A DNA stretch of 64,000 nucleotides from an uncultured Thermoleophilaceae bacterium (lineage in GTDB: Bacteria > Actinomycetota > Thermoleophilia > Solirubrobacterales > Thermoleophilaceae). Made by a program: the position numbers and the translations under genes. This document shows, piece by piece, positions 32,150-42,080 of the stretch (position 1 is its first letter; each line of letters starts with the position of its first letter). The stretch spans positions 1 to 64,000 of the forward strand of contig CAWHLA010000008.1 of the NCBI GenBank assembly GCA_963830065.1. The letters run 5' to 3'. The notes below the pieces were generated by a model. That model was not told the origin of the DNA. It saw only the letters and a program-made list of their open reading frames with translations, and made no database searches.

Positions 32150-33793
32150 ATGATGCCCCACATGACGCTCTCGTACTCGCACGGGGTGTCCGAGACTCCC
32201 CTCCTCGGCGAGACCATCGGAGAGAACCTCGAGCGAACCGTCGCGCGGGATACCGAGGCGGACGCGCTGGTGGTCCGCCACCAGGACGTACGGATGACCT
32301 ACGGCGAGCTGAACGCCGAGGTCGACCGCTTGGCGCGCGCGCTGATGTCCGCGGGGCTGAAGCCGGGCGACCGAATGGGCATCTGGGCGCCCAACTGCGT
32401 CGAGTGGGTCCTCGTCCAGTACGCGAGCGCCAAGGCGGGCGTGGTGCTCGTCAACGTCAACCCGGCCTACCGCACCAGCGAGCTGGAGTACGCCCTGCGC
32501 CAGTCCGGCTGCCGGATGCTGGTGTCGGCCACCGGGCACAAGACCTCGGACTACCGGGCGATGGTGGGCGAGGTGCGAGACGGGCTCGACGCGCTCGAGC
32601 GCGTGGTCTTCACCGAGACCGGCGACTGGGAGGAGCTGCTCGCCGAGGCCGACGAGGTGAGCGAGGACGAGCTGCGCGAGCGCTCCGGGTCCCTGTCGGC
32701 CGACGAGGCGATCAACGTGCAGTACACGAGCGGCACCACCGGCTTCCCCAAGGGCGCCACGCTGTCGCACCACAACATCCTCAACAACGGGTTCTTCGTG
32801 GGCGAGCTGTGCGGATACACGGCCGACGACCGCGTATGCATCCCGGTGCCGTTCTACCACTGCTTCGGCATGGTCATGGGCAACCTGGGCTGCACCTCGC
32901 ACGGCGCCTGCATGGTGGTGCCGGAGGGCGGCTTCGAGCCCGAGGCCACGCTGGCCGCGGTGGCCGAGGAGCGCTGCACCTCGCTGTACGGGGTGCCCAC
33001 CATGTTCATCGCCGAGCTGGGGCTGGCGAACTTCGGCGACTTCGACCTGGCCAGCCTGCGCACCGGGATCATGGCCGGCTCGCCCTGCCCCACCGAGGTC
33101 ATGAAGCAGGTGGTCTCCGACATGCACATGGAGGAGGTGGCCATCTGTTACGGCATGACCGAGACCTCCCCGGTCTCCACCCAGACCCGCGCCGACGACC
33201 CGCTGGAGAAGCGCGTCGGGAGCGTCGGCCAGGTGCACCCCCACGTGGAGGTCAAGGTGGTCGACCCCGACACCGGCCAGACGGTGCAGCGCGGCGAGAC
33301 CGGCGAGCTGTGCACCCGCGGCTACTCGGTGATGCTCGGCTACTGGGACGACCAGGAGCGCACGGCGGAGGCCATCGACTCCGCCCGCTGGATGCACACC
33401 GGCGACCTGGCCACGATGGACGACGAGGGCTTCGTCAACATCGTCGGGCGCTCGAAGGACATGATCATCCGCGGCGGCGAGAACATCTACCCGCGCGAGA
33501 TCGAGGAGTTCCTGCACACCAGCCCCGAGGTCTCCGACGTCTCGGTCATCGGCGTGCCCGACGAGCGCTACGGCGAGGAGATCATGGCCTGGGTGATCCT
33601 GGTCGAGGGCTCCTCGGCCGACGAGGACGCGCTACGCGACTTCTGCCGCGAGAAGATCGCCCACTACAAGGTGCCCCGCCACGTGAAGCTGGTCACCGAG
33701 TTGCCGATGACGGTCACCGGCAAGGTGCAGAAGTACAAGATGCGCGAGCAGGCGATCGAGGAGCTGGGGCTGAAGGAGGCCGCGACCGCCTAG
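32150..33793 (+). CDS. Acyl-CoA synthetase (AMP-binding)
   Basis: Intact 547 aa with [23 protein letters not shown] and ...[11 protein letters not shown]. Confidence 0.85.
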   Translation: MMPHMTLSYSHGVSETPLLGETIGENLERTVARDTEADALVVRHQDVRMTYGELNAEVDRLARALMSAGLKPGDRMGIWAPNCVEWVLVQYASAKAGVVLVNVNPAYRTSELEYALRQSGCRMLVSATGHKTSDYRAMVGEVRDGLDALERVVFTETGDWEELLAEADEVSEDELRERSGSLSADEAINVQYTSGTTGFPKGATLSHHNILNNGFFVGELCGYTADDRVCIPVPFYHCFGMVMGNLGCTSHGACMVVPEGGFEPEATLAAVAEERCTSLYGVPTMFIAELGLANFGDFDLASLRTGIMAGSPCPTEVMKQVVSDMHMEEVAICYGMTETSPVSTQTRADDPLEKRVGSVGQVHPHVEVKVVDPDTGQTVQRGETGELCTRGYSVMLGYWDDQERTAEAIDSARWMHTGDLATMDDEGFVNIVGRSKDMIIRGGENIYPREIEEFLHTSPEVSDVSVIGVPDERYGEEIMAWVILVEGSSADEDALRDFCREKIAHYKVPRHVKLVTELPMTVTGKVQKYKMREQAIEELGLKEAATA

Positions 33794-34203
33794 TGCATCC
33801 AGGGGGCGTAGGAGAGCCCGACGATCGCGCCGTCGGCCGAGAGCAGACGGGCCACGGTCTGGCCCCAGGGCTCGGTGCGGGTGTCGTGCAGCAACTCGAA
33901 GCCCTGCTCCTCCAGCTCGGCAGCTCCGGACGCCACCGCGTCGGCGGTCTCGACCTCGAACTCGATGCTCACCTGAGGGACGGTGATGCCCTCGGGCCAG
34001 GTCTCGCTGCCGAAGCACGCCTCAGCCGCCTGGGAGAGCGGCCAGACGCCGAAGTGCCTGGTGCCCTCGACCTTCTCGCTGTGCCAGTAGCCCTGGGGAT
34101 CGTCGCCGTCCAGGGGCAGGCCCAGGGCCTCGACGTACAGCTTGCGGCTCTCAGGGGGGTCCGCGGCGATCGGGCTCACGCTTGATACGAAGAGAATGTT
34201 CAT
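33790..34203 (-). CDS. VOC/glyoxalase-family small protein
   Basis: [55 protein letters not shown]...[60 protein letters not shown]. Confidence 0.6.
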   Translation of the reverse strand: MNILFVSSVSPIAADPPESRKLYVEALGLPLDGDDPQGYWHSEKVEGTRHFGVWPLSQAAEACFGSETWPEGITVPQVSIEFEVETADAVASGAAELEEQGFELLHDTRTEPWGQTVARLLSADGAIVGLSYAPWMH

Positions 34204-34209
34204 GAGCAC

Positions 34210-35001
34210 ATGGAAGCGGTTACGGGCCGAGCGGTCTTGAAGGAAACGGACACCTACGTCGAGCTCCCGCCGCCCACCCCGCTGCGCGGGTCGATCGCCT
34301 GCCTGTGGATGCGCCGCGGCGACGGCGAGACCGTGCGGGTGCTCCCCGACGCCTGCGTGGACCTGGTGTGGCGCGCGGGCTCCGGCGCGATGCTCGCGGG
34401 CCCCGACACGGGGCCCGCACTGGCACCGACCCGCGAAGGCCAGGCGATCGCCGGCGTTCGCTTCCTGCCCGGCGCCGGCGGCTCCGCTCTGGGCCTCCCC
34501 CTCGACGAGCTGAGCGACCGGCGCGTGGGCCTTGAGGAGGTGGGGCTGGACCCCGACAGGCGCCTGAGCGGCGACCTCGACCCCTGGGACGCGCTCGGGC
34601 TGCTGGCCGGGGTGGCCACGCGGCTGGCCGCCTCCAGGGCTCCCGACCGGGCCGTGCAACAGGCGACGCTGCGGCTGCTGGACCCGCGCCAGCGGGTGGA
34701 GTCGCTCGCCGGGGACCTCGGCCTCAGCGAGCGCCAGCTGCGCCGCCGCTGCCGAGCCGGGGTGGGCTACGGGCCCAAGACGCTGCAGCGCGTCCTGAAG
34801 CTGCGCCGCTTCCTGCGCACCGCCGCCGGCGACCTCGGCCGCGCGGCGCTCGACGCCGGCTATTCCGATCAGGCCCACCTCACGCGCGAGTGCCGGCGGC
34901 TCACCGGGCTGTCTCCCGCGCTCCTTCGGGCAGCGAGCGGGCCCGCTCGGCCAGCTGCGCGCGCTCGGGCTGGTTGTTCGTTAGCGCCGCCGCGCGCTTG
35001 A
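34210..35001 (+). CDS. AraC-family transcriptional regulator (DUF6597-like N-terminal domain plus HTH)
   Basis: ...VRVLPDACVDLVWRAG...LGLSERQLRRRCRAGVGYGPKTLQRVLKLRRFLRTAAGDLGRAALDAGYSDQAHLTRECRRLTGLSPAL. Confidence 0.75.
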   Translation: MEAVTGRAVLKETDTYVELPPPTPLRGSIACLWMRRGDGETVRVLPDACVDLVWRAGSGAMLAGPDTGPALAPTREGQAIAGVRFLPGAGGSALGLPLDELSDRRVGLEEVGLDPDRRLSGDLDPWDALGLLAGVATRLAASRAPDRAVQQATLRLLDPRQRVESLAGDLGLSERQLRRRCRAGVGYGPKTLQRVLKLRRFLRTAAGDLGRAALDAGYSDQAHLTRECRRLTGLSPALLRAASGPARPAARARAGCSLAPPRA

Positions 35002-36184
35002 GCTCGATCCGGGCCTCGTCGTAGCGCCCGAGGCGGGCCAGCAGCTCGCCGCGCACGCTGGGCAGCAGGTGGTACCCGTCCAGGGCGGGCTCGCCGCTCA
35101 GCTCGTCGACCAGCGCCAGGCCGGTCTCCGGCCCGAAGGCCTGGGCCAGCGCGACCGCGCGGTTGAGCTCCACGACGGGCGAGCCGGTCAGCGCCGCGAG
35201 CTGCTCGTACAGGGCGGCGATGCGCGTCCAGTCGGTCTGCTCGGGCGTGCGGGCGCGGGCGTGGCACGCGGCGATGGCGGCCTGGAGCTCGTACGAACCG
35301 GGCTCGCCGCCGAGGTCCTCGGCGCGGTCGAGCGCCTTCAGGCCGCGCCCGACCAGCACCCAGTCCCACCGCCCCCGGTCCTGGTCGGCCAGCAGCACGG
35401 GCTCGCCGCCCGGGCCCACACGGGCCCGGATGCGCGAGGCCTGGATCTCCATCAGCGCGACCAGCCCGTGCACCTCGGCCTCGCGCGGGGTGAGCTCGGC
35501 GAGCATGCGCCCCAGGCGCAGGGCGTCCTCCACCAGCCCGGGGCGCATCAGGTCGCCGCCGGCGGTGGCCGAGTAGCCCTCGTTGAAGACGAGGTAGATC
35601 ACCTCCAGCACGGAGGCCAGGCGCTCGTCGAGCTCGTCCGGGCCGGGCACCTCGAAGGGCAGCTCGGCGTCGGCCAGCGTCTTCTTGGCCCTCACGATGC
35701 GCTGGGCCAACGTCGCCTCGGGGACCAGGAAGGCGCGGGCGATCTCCTTCGTGGTCAGGCCGCCCATCATCCGCAGCGTCAGCGCCACGCGGGCCTGGGT
35801 GGGCAGCATCGGGTGGCAGGTGGTGAAGATCAGGCTGAGCAGGTCGTCGCCGATGTGGTCGTCGGCGGCCGCGGCCAGGTCGGGGTCGGCGCCGCCCCGG
35901 TCCAGCTCCAGCTCGCGGCCGAGCTGCTCGTGCTTTCGCTCGGCCATCTTCTGGTGGCGCAGGCGGTCGATGCCGCGGTGCTTCGCGGTGGCCATCAGCC
36001 AGGCGCCGGGGTTCTCCGGCACGCCCTCGCGCGGCCACTGCTCCAGCGCCGCCACGAGCGCCTCCTGGGCGAGGTCCTCGGCCAGGCCCACGTCGCGCAC
36101 GGTGCGGGCCAGGCCCGCGATCAGCCGGGCGGACTCGATCCGCCAGACCGCCTCTACGGCACGGTGAGCGTCAGGGGACCCCAA
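34901..36184 (-). CDS. SigJ-like ECF sigma factor (about 420 aa, sigma-70 regions 2 and 4 with a C-terminal extension)
   Basis: AVEAVWRIESARLIAGLARTVRDVGLAEDLAQEALVAALEQWP...PGAWLMATAKHRGIDRLR...LTLRMMGGLTTKEIARAFLVPEATLAQRIVRAKKTLADA. Confidence 0.75.
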   Translation of the reverse strand: MGSPDAHRAVEAVWRIESARLIAGLARTVRDVGLAEDLAQEALVAALEQWPREGVPENPGAWLMATAKHRGIDRLRHQKMAERKHEQLGRELELDRGGADPDLAAAADDHIGDDLLSLIFTTCHPMLPTQARVALTLRMMGGLTTKEIARAFLVPEATLAQRIVRAKKTLADAELPFEVPGPDELDERLASVLEVIYLVFNEGYSATAGGDLMRPGLVEDALRLGRMLAELTPREAEVHGLVALMEIQASRIRARVGPGGEPVLLADQDRGRWDWVLVGRGLKALDRAEDLGGEPGSYELQAAIAACHARARTPEQTDWTRIAALYEQLAALTGSPVVELNRAVALAQAFGPETGLALVDELSGEPALDGYHLLPSVRGELLARLGRYDEARIELKRAAALTNNQPERAQLAERARSLPEGARETAR

Positions 36185-36209
36185 GGCCCCCTGACGCTAG
36201 ATCACCGGG

Positions 36210-36640
36210 CTAGGCGTTCTGCTCGGCCTGGGCGCGCAGGCGCTCCTCCTGCTCGCGCAGCTCGGGCGTGTACTCGTCGCCGAAGTCCTCGGCCTCGAAG
36301 ATCTGGCGGATCTCGATCTCGCCGTCCTGCTCGTCGGCCGGGTTGGGGCAGCGCTTCATCCACTCGATGGCCTCCTCCCAGTCCTTGGCCTGGATCACCC
36401 AGTAGCCGGCGATCAGCTCCTTGGTCTCGGTGAAGGGGCCGTCCACCACGGTCCGCTCATCGCCCGAGAACTTGATCCGTGCGCCCTTCGAGCTGGGGTG
36501 CAGGCCCTCGCCGGCCAGCATCACGCCGGCCTTGACGAGCTCCTCGTTGAACTTGCCCATCTCCGTGAGCATCTTCTCGCTGGGCATCACGCCCGCCTCG
36601 GAGTCCTCGTTGGCCTTGACCAGAACCATGAATCGCATTG
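36210..36640 (-). CDS. YciI-like (YCII-related) protein, the usual partner of this sigma class
   Basis: MRFMVLVKANEDSEAGVMPSEKMLTEMGKFNEELVKAGVMLAGEGLHPSSKGARIKFSGDERTVVDGPFTETKELIAGYWVIQAKDWEEAIEWMKRCP. Confidence 0.75.
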
Positions 36641-37297
36641 ACAGCTCCTCTCGTAGATTGCCCTTCAGTGACGCGTCGAACGAGCGAGCACAGTTTCGAC
36701 ACACCTCACGGGGAATCGGTCGCCCGGCTGTTCGCGGCGCCGGATCCGCGCGGTGCGCTGGTGCTGGGGCACGGCGCCGGGGGCGGGGTCGAGGCGCCCG
36801 ATCTGGTGGCGGTCACCGAGGCCGCGGTGGCGGAGGGCTTCAGCGTGGCGCTGGTCCTCCAGCCCTACCGGGTGGCCGGGAAGAAGTCCGGGCCGGTGCC
36901 GGCCAAGCTGGACGAGGCGTGGGCCGCGGTGGTGGGCGAGCTCGCCTCGGGGAAGCTGGCGGGCGTGCCGCTGGTGACCGGCGGGCGCTCCGCGGGCGCC
37001 CGCGTGGCCTGCCGGACCGCCGCGCAGACCGGGTCAGCGGGCGTGCTGTGCCTCGCCTTCCCGCTCCAGCCCCCGCCGCGTGCGGGAAAGCCACCGGGGC
37101 CGACCCGCATCGACGAGCTGGAAGCGGTCTCGGTCCCGGTGCTCGTGGTGCAGGGCGAGAGCGACCGGTTCGGGATGCCGGAGCCCGCTCCGGGACGCGA
37201 GGTGGTGCAGGTGGCGGGTGACCACGGGCTCAAGAAGGACACGCCCGCGGTGGCTGCCGCGGTCACGCGCTGGCTGGCTGCACGCGTGCCTGCCTAG
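36638..37297 (+). CDS. Alpha/beta-hydrolase fold protein (dienelactone-hydrolase-like). The start is uncertain.
   Basis: ALVLGHGAGGGVEAPDLVAVTEA...LVTGGRSAGARVACRTA...VLVVQGESDRFG. Confidence 0.6.
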   Translation: MTAPLVDCPSVTRRTSEHSFDTPHGESVARLFAAPDPRGALVLGHGAGGGVEAPDLVAVTEAAVAEGFSVALVLQPYRVAGKKSGPVPAKLDEAWAAVVGELASGKLAGVPLVTGGRSAGARVACRTAAQTGSAGVLCLAFPLQPPPRAGKPPGPTRIDELEAVSVPVLVVQGESDRFGMPEPAPGREVVQVAGDHGLKKDTPAVAAAVTRWLAARVPA

Positions 37298-37306
37298 TCT
37301 GCGGGC

Positions 37307-37765
37307 ATGGCCTACACCACCGCAGAGGGGCAGCAAGAGCTGCTCGACACCCTGGGCGAGGCGACCTCGCAGCTCGGCCGCGCCCTGGGGTCGCTCGGCG
37401 AGGCCTACGAGAAGCTCGACGAGCAAACCGCCGATCGCCTCGAGGAGGAGCTGTTCGGGCCGGCCCAGCGCGCCTTCGGGCGCGTGCAGCGCGTGTACTC
37501 CGGGTTCGCCGGCCGCCACGGGCTGAACGCCCGGGGCTTCAGCCCCGAGTCCGCTGGTCTGCCCTCCACCGGCGCGGCCGGCTTCATCGAGGAGGCGGTG
37601 TTCGCCCTCAACGAGGCCGCGGCCTCCCTGGTCACCCTGCAGGAGTCCGAGCCCTGGACCGAGGTGGCCGACGAGGAGCTCCGCGCCGGCGTGGCCGAGA
37701 TCCGCCAGCTGGTGGACGACCTGCCTCAGCAGGCCCGCGGCCTGGTCCGCACCCTCGGCCGCTAG
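37307..37765 (+). CDS. Hypothetical helical protein, 152 aa
   Basis: Intact ORF with compositionally normal codon usage. No recognisable family. Confidence 0.4.
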   Translation: MAYTTAEGQQELLDTLGEATSQLGRALGSLGEAYEKLDEQTADRLEEELFGPAQRAFGRVQRVYSGFAGRHGLNARGFSPESAGLPSTGAAGFIEEAVFALNEAAASLVTLQESEPWTEVADEELRAGVAEIRQLVDDLPQQARGLVRTLGR

Positions 37766-38614
37766 GTGCTCCGGCTCGCCGCGGCGGGCCTGACCTGCTT
37801 CCTGTTGGCGGGGTGCGGCTCGGGGGAGGCTCCCCCGCCCCCGCCCAAGCCGGAGCGGGCGGCGGCGCCGCTGTGCTCGAAGCTGCGTACGCGGGTCACC
37901 GGCCGCGTAGAGAGCCCGGCCGCCACCGAGCTGTCGGGCCTGGTGGCCTCGCGCACCAAGCCCGGACTGCTGTGGACCCACAACGACTCCGGTGACAGCG
38001 CCCGTCTCCTCGCCGTCGGCGTGAACGGCCGTCCCCGGGGTGAGCTGCAGGTCCCGGGCGCCGAGAACGTGGACTGGGAGGACATCGCGGCCCGAGGAGA
38101 CACGCTGTTCGTGGGCGACATCGGCGACAACGACTCGCAGCGCCCGCAGATAACCGTCTACCGGGTTCGCGAGTCCGGCGCCGCTGCGGGACGGCTGGAC
38201 CTGCGCTACGCCGACGGCGCCCACGACGCCGAGACCCTGCTTGTCGATCCCGTCGACGGCTCGGTGGCGGTGGTGACCAAGAGCTTCGGGGGCGAGAACC
38301 GCGTTTACACGGCGCGGGGGACCACGCTCCGCCGCGGCCCCTTGGTGCCGGTGACGCCCGGCGAGGCGGTGACCGCCGGCGACGTCTCCGCTGATGGCCG
38401 CACGATCGTCCTTCGCAGCTACGACCGGGCGCTGGTGTGGACACGGCGCAAGAGCGAACCGCTCGCCAAAGCCCTCTCCCGCAAGCCGTGCGTCGCCGGC
38501 GCCGACCTGGTGGGCGAAGGCCAGGGGGAGGCGCTGGCGCTGGCCGCGGACGGCCGGTCGTTCTTCACGGTCGCGGAGGGAAGGCGACCGCCGCTGCGGC
38601 GTTACACCCCCTAG
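37766..38614 (+). CDS. Secreted lipoprotein (lipobox LLAGC), hypothetical, possibly beta-propeller/phytase-like
   Basis: MLRLAAAGLTCFLLAGCGSG...ELSGLVASRTKPGLLWTHNDSGDSARLLAV...DWEDIA...LFVGDIGDN. Confidence 0.55.
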   Translation: MLRLAAAGLTCFLLAGCGSGEAPPPPPKPERAAAPLCSKLRTRVTGRVESPAATELSGLVASRTKPGLLWTHNDSGDSARLLAVGVNGRPRGELQVPGAENVDWEDIAARGDTLFVGDIGDNDSQRPQITVYRVRESGAAAGRLDLRYADGAHDAETLLVDPVDGSVAVVTKSFGGENRVYTARGTTLRRGPLVPVTPGEAVTAGDVSADGRTIVLRSYDRALVWTRRKSEPLAKALSRKPCVAGADLVGEGQGEALALAADGRSFFTVAEGRRPPLRRYTP

Positions 38615-39808
38615 TCGTCCTCGGCCGGAAACAGCCAGGTGGCCAGCCGCGGTGCGCGATGCAGCAGCGAGGCCCGCGTGACCGAGGTGGCGCCGAAGCG
38701 GTCGCGGACCTCGTCGAGCACGTGGTCCAGCACGTCGCCGTGACGCTCATCGATCGGAAGCTGCAGCTGACGGCTCCCGGACTGGAGGTTGCTGACGGTG
38801 ACGCCGACCATCGTAAGCCCCCGCTCCTCGATCAGCTCTCGCTCGGCGGCCAACAGCGTGCGCATCTCCGCCAGCACGGCGCTGGTGGCCGAGGTCGGCG
38901 CGGGGAGGGTGTGTGAGCGGGTCGCGCGGCCGAAGTCGCCGAAGCGCATGCGCAGGACCACCGTCCGCCCCGCCCTGCCCTTCGCGCGCATGCGGCGCGT
39001 GACGCGGTCGACCAGCGCGAGGACCGTCGCGTCCAGCGCCTCGGGCTCGAACCGCCTCGTGCCGATGCGCGCACTGCGAGCCCACCGAGCGCCGCCGCGG
39101 GGTGCGCTTGACCGGCCGCGGATCGCGGTTGTGCGCCAGGGCGTGGAGCTTGCGGCCGGCCCCGCGTCCCACGAGCTCCACGAGGCGGCTCTCCGGCAGG
39201 CGTGCCACCTCGCCCACGGTGCGCAGGCCCACGGCGTGGAGCTTCTCCGCGGTGGCCGGCCCGACGCCCCACAGCGCCTCGGCCTCCAGCGGGTGCAGGA
39301 ACTCCAGCTCCCTGTCGGGCTGGACCACCAGCAGCCCGTCGGGCTTGGCCTGGCCGCTGGCGACCTTGGCCAGGAACTTGGTGCGCGCCACACCCACGGT
39401 GATGGGCAGGCCGATGCGCTCGCGCACGTCGCGCCTCAGCTGCTGCGCGATCTCGGTCGGGGTGCCCTTGATGTGCTCGAGCCCCCGAGCGTCGAGGAAC
39501 GCCTCGTCGATCGACAACCGCTCGACTGTGGGAACCGCGTCCTGGAACAGTCCGGCCACCGCCTCGCCGGCCTCCACGTAGGCGTCGAAGCGCGGCGAGA
39601 CCACGATCGCCTGGGGGCAGAGCTCGCGCGCACGCCGCCCGCCCATCGCCGAGCGGACGCCGAACGCCCGCGCCTCGTAGGAGGCGGCCATGACCACCCC
39701 GGGGCCGACGATCACCGGCTTGCCGCGCAGGCCCGGGTCGTCGCGCTGCTCCACCGACGCGAAGAAGGCGTCGAGATCGGCGTGGAGCACCGAGGCCTGG
39801 GCTTGCAC
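38611..39808 (-). pseudogene. dinB: DNA polymerase IV (DinB) with a single frameshift near 39100-39390 (real pseudogene or indel error)
   Basis: GTG start. MQAQASVLHADLDAFFASVEQRDDPGLRGKPVIVG...ERLSIDEAFLD...LPITVGVARTKFLAKVASGQAKPDGLLVV...WGVGPATAEKLHAVGLRTVGEVA. It then continues in another frame: GTRRFEPEALDATVLALVDRVTRRMRAKGRAGRTVVLRMRFGDFGRATRSHTL. Confidence 0.6.
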
Positions 39809-39821
39809 GAACGTATGTTCG
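39808..39821. promoter_or_regulatory. Cheo-type LexA/SOS box CGAAC-N4-GTTCG, abutting the dinB start codon
   Basis: cgaacgtatgttcg sits in the 78-bp divergent region between dinB and the RibD_C-family gene. Confidence 0.5.
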
Positions 39822-39885
39822 CACAGGTCCCCCGCTCGCGGAAGCGGCTACAAATCCAACGACAAGCGAGAGGAAGGAGCACCCC

Positions 39886-40518
39886 ATGACACTCGCCCGA
39901 GTCCACAACTTCTCCATCTCACTCGACGGCTTCGGCACCGGTGAGGGCCTGAGCCAGGACGCGTACTTCGGCCACGCCGGCGAACGGCTGCACGAGTGGA
40001 TGTTCGCCACCCAGTGGTGGCAGGCGGGTGGCAGCGCCGGCATCGACGACGCCTTCACCCAGCGGTTCAGCCCGGGGATCGGCGCGGAGATCATGGGTGC
40101 GGGCAAGTTCGGCGCGCCGGGATGGCAGGAGGACCCGGACTGGAAGGGCCCGTGGGGTCCCAACCCGCCGTTCCACACGCCGACCTTCATCCTCACCCAT
40201 CACCCGCGCCCGTCGGTCGAGATGGAGGGCGGCACGACGTACCACTTCATCGACGCGTCGCCTGCCGAGGCGCTCGAGACGGCGCGCGAGGCTGCGGGCG
40301 GCCAGGACGTTCGCCTCGGCGGCGGTCCCAGCATGATCCGCGACTTCCTTGCCGCGGGGCTCGTCGACCACATGCACGTCGTAGTGGTCCCGATCCTGCT
40401 GGGCCGGGGCGTGCGCCTATGGGACGGGCTGGAAGGCCTCGAGAACGACTACGAGATCGAGGCCATCTCCTCGCCCAGCGGGGTCACGCATGTGACCTTC
40501 ACCCGTGCGGCTCGCTAG
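39886..40518 (+). CDS. Dihydrofolate-reductase-family protein (RibD C-terminal domain)
   Basis: MTLARVHNFSISLDGFGTGEG...HTPTFILTHHPRPS...VRLGGGPSMIRDFLAAGLVDHMHVVVVPILLG. Confidence 0.75.
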   Translation: MTLARVHNFSISLDGFGTGEGLSQDAYFGHAGERLHEWMFATQWWQAGGSAGIDDAFTQRFSPGIGAEIMGAGKFGAPGWQEDPDWKGPWGPNPPFHTPTFILTHHPRPSVEMEGGTTYHFIDASPAEALETAREAAGGQDVRLGGGPSMIRDFLAAGLVDHMHVVVVPILLGRGVRLWDGLEGLENDYEIEAISSPSGVTHVTFTRAAR

Positions 40519-42080
40519 AGCGCGCCGCTGGCCGCTGCAGGGTTCTCCTGCGCGCGGTCCGGGTCGCCGGGGTTCTCGTCCCGGCGGGTCTGGCGAACGA
40601 CCGGCTTCTTGGCCGCACCGGCCTCGTCGAGGCGGCGCACCGGCGTGGTGTGCGGGGCGGTCTGGGCGATCGTGGGGTCCTCGGCCGCCTCGGCCAGCAG
40701 GTCGCGCATCGCGTCGGCGAAGTGGTCGAGGCGGTCGCGCGGCTCGGTCTCGGTCGGCTCGATCATCAGCGCCTCGTCCACCAGGAGCGGGAAGTACACC
40801 GTGGGCGGGTGCACCTCGTGGTCGAGCAGGCGCTTGGCGATGTCCAGCGTCTTGATCCCCAGCTTCTCCTTGGCGCCCTTGCCACTCAAGACGAACTCGT
40901 GCATGCAGTGGCGGTCGAAGGCGATCGGCAGGTACTCGCCGATCCCGTCCTCGGCCAGGCGGGCCTTCAGGTAGTTGGCGTTCAGCACCGCGAGCTCTGA
41001 GACCTCGCGCAGGCCCTCGGCGCCCAGCGAGCAGATGTAGGCGTAGGAGCGCACGAACACCCCGAAGTTGCCCTGGAACCCGCGCATCTTTCCGATCGAC
41101 TTGGGCCGGTCGTGATCGAGGTCGAAGGCGGGCCCGGCCCCGTTGGAGCTCGAGGTGCGCACCACTTGCGGCACGGGCAGGAAGGGCTCGATCCGATCGG
41201 AGACCGCGATCGGCCCGGCGCCCGGGCCACCGCCGCCGTGGGGCTGAGTGAAGGTCTTGTGCAGGTTGTAGTGGACGATGTCGAAGCCCATGTCGCCCGG
41301 CCGCGAAACGCCCATCACCGCGTTCAGGTTCGCCCCGTCGTAGTACAGCGTCCCCCCCACCCCGTGCACGATCTCGGCGATCTCCTCGATGTTCGAGTCG
41401 AACAGCCCCAGCGTGTTGGGGTTCGTGAGCATGAGGCACGCGACGTCCTCGTCGGCCTTCTCGCGCAGGTCGTCCAGGTCGACGCCGCCGTCCTCGGCGG
41501 TGCCCACCTTGACCACCTCGTACCCGGCCATGGTGACCGTGGCCGGGTTGGTGCCGTGCGCGGTGTCGGGCGTCAGGACCTTGGTCCTCGTCTCGCCGCG
41601 GTCGGCGTGGTAGGCGCGGGTCAGCAATAGGCCCGCCAGCTCGCCGTGGGAACCCGCTGACGGCTGAAGCGACACGTGCGGCAGCCCGGCGATCTCCGCC
41701 AGTGCCCCCTGCAGGTTGAACATCAGCTCCAGCGCCCCCTGGGCGTGCTCGGGCTCCTGGAGCGGGTGCAGCCGCGCGTGCCCGGGCAGGGCGGCCACCC
41801 GCTCGTGCAGCTTGGGGTTGTGCTTCATCGTGCACGAGCCGAGCGGGTAGAAGCCCTGGTCGAGGTGGAAGTTCTTCCGCGAGAGCGTCACGTAGTGGCG
41901 CACGATCTCGGGCTCCGAGACCTCGGGGAGGTCGGCCGGCTCGGTGCGCCGCGCCCACTCGGGCAGCAGCTCCTCCACCGGCGTCTCGGGCACGTCCTGC
42001 TTGGGGGGCGTGAAGGCCCGGCGTCCCTCGCGGGAGCGCTCGAAGATCGTGATCGTGTCCTCTACCGCCGGGACGCTCAC
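40515..42080 (-). CDS. gcvPB: Glycine dehydrogenase (decarboxylating) subunit 2
   Basis: GTG start overlapping the gcvPA stop (GTGA). VSVPAVEDTITIFERS...SCTMKHNP...NLHKTF... Confidence 0.85.
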   Translation of the reverse strand: MSVPAVEDTITIFERSREGRRAFTPPKQDVPETPVEELLPEWARRTEPADLPEVSEPEIVRHYVTLSRKNFHLDQGFYPLGSCTMKHNPKLHERVAALPGHARLHPLQEPEHAQGALELMFNLQGALAEIAGLPHVSLQPSAGSHGELAGLLLTRAYHADRGETRTKVLTPDTAHGTNPATVTMAGYEVVKVGTAEDGGVDLDDLREKADEDVACLMLTNPNTLGLFDSNIEEIAEIVHGVGGTLYYDGANLNAVMGVSRPGDMGFDIVHYNLHKTFTQPHGGGGPGAGPIAVSDRIEPFLPVPQVVRTSSSNGAGPAFDLDHDRPKSIGKMRGFQGNFGVFVRSYAYICSLGAEGLREVSELAVLNANYLKARLAEDGIGEYLPIAFDRHCMHEFVLSGKGAKEKLGIKTLDIAKRLLDHEVHPPTVYFPLLVDEALMIEPTETEPRDRLDHFADAMRDLLAEAAEDPTIAQTAPHTTPVRRLDEAGAAKKPVVRQTRRDENPGDPDRAQENPAAASGAL

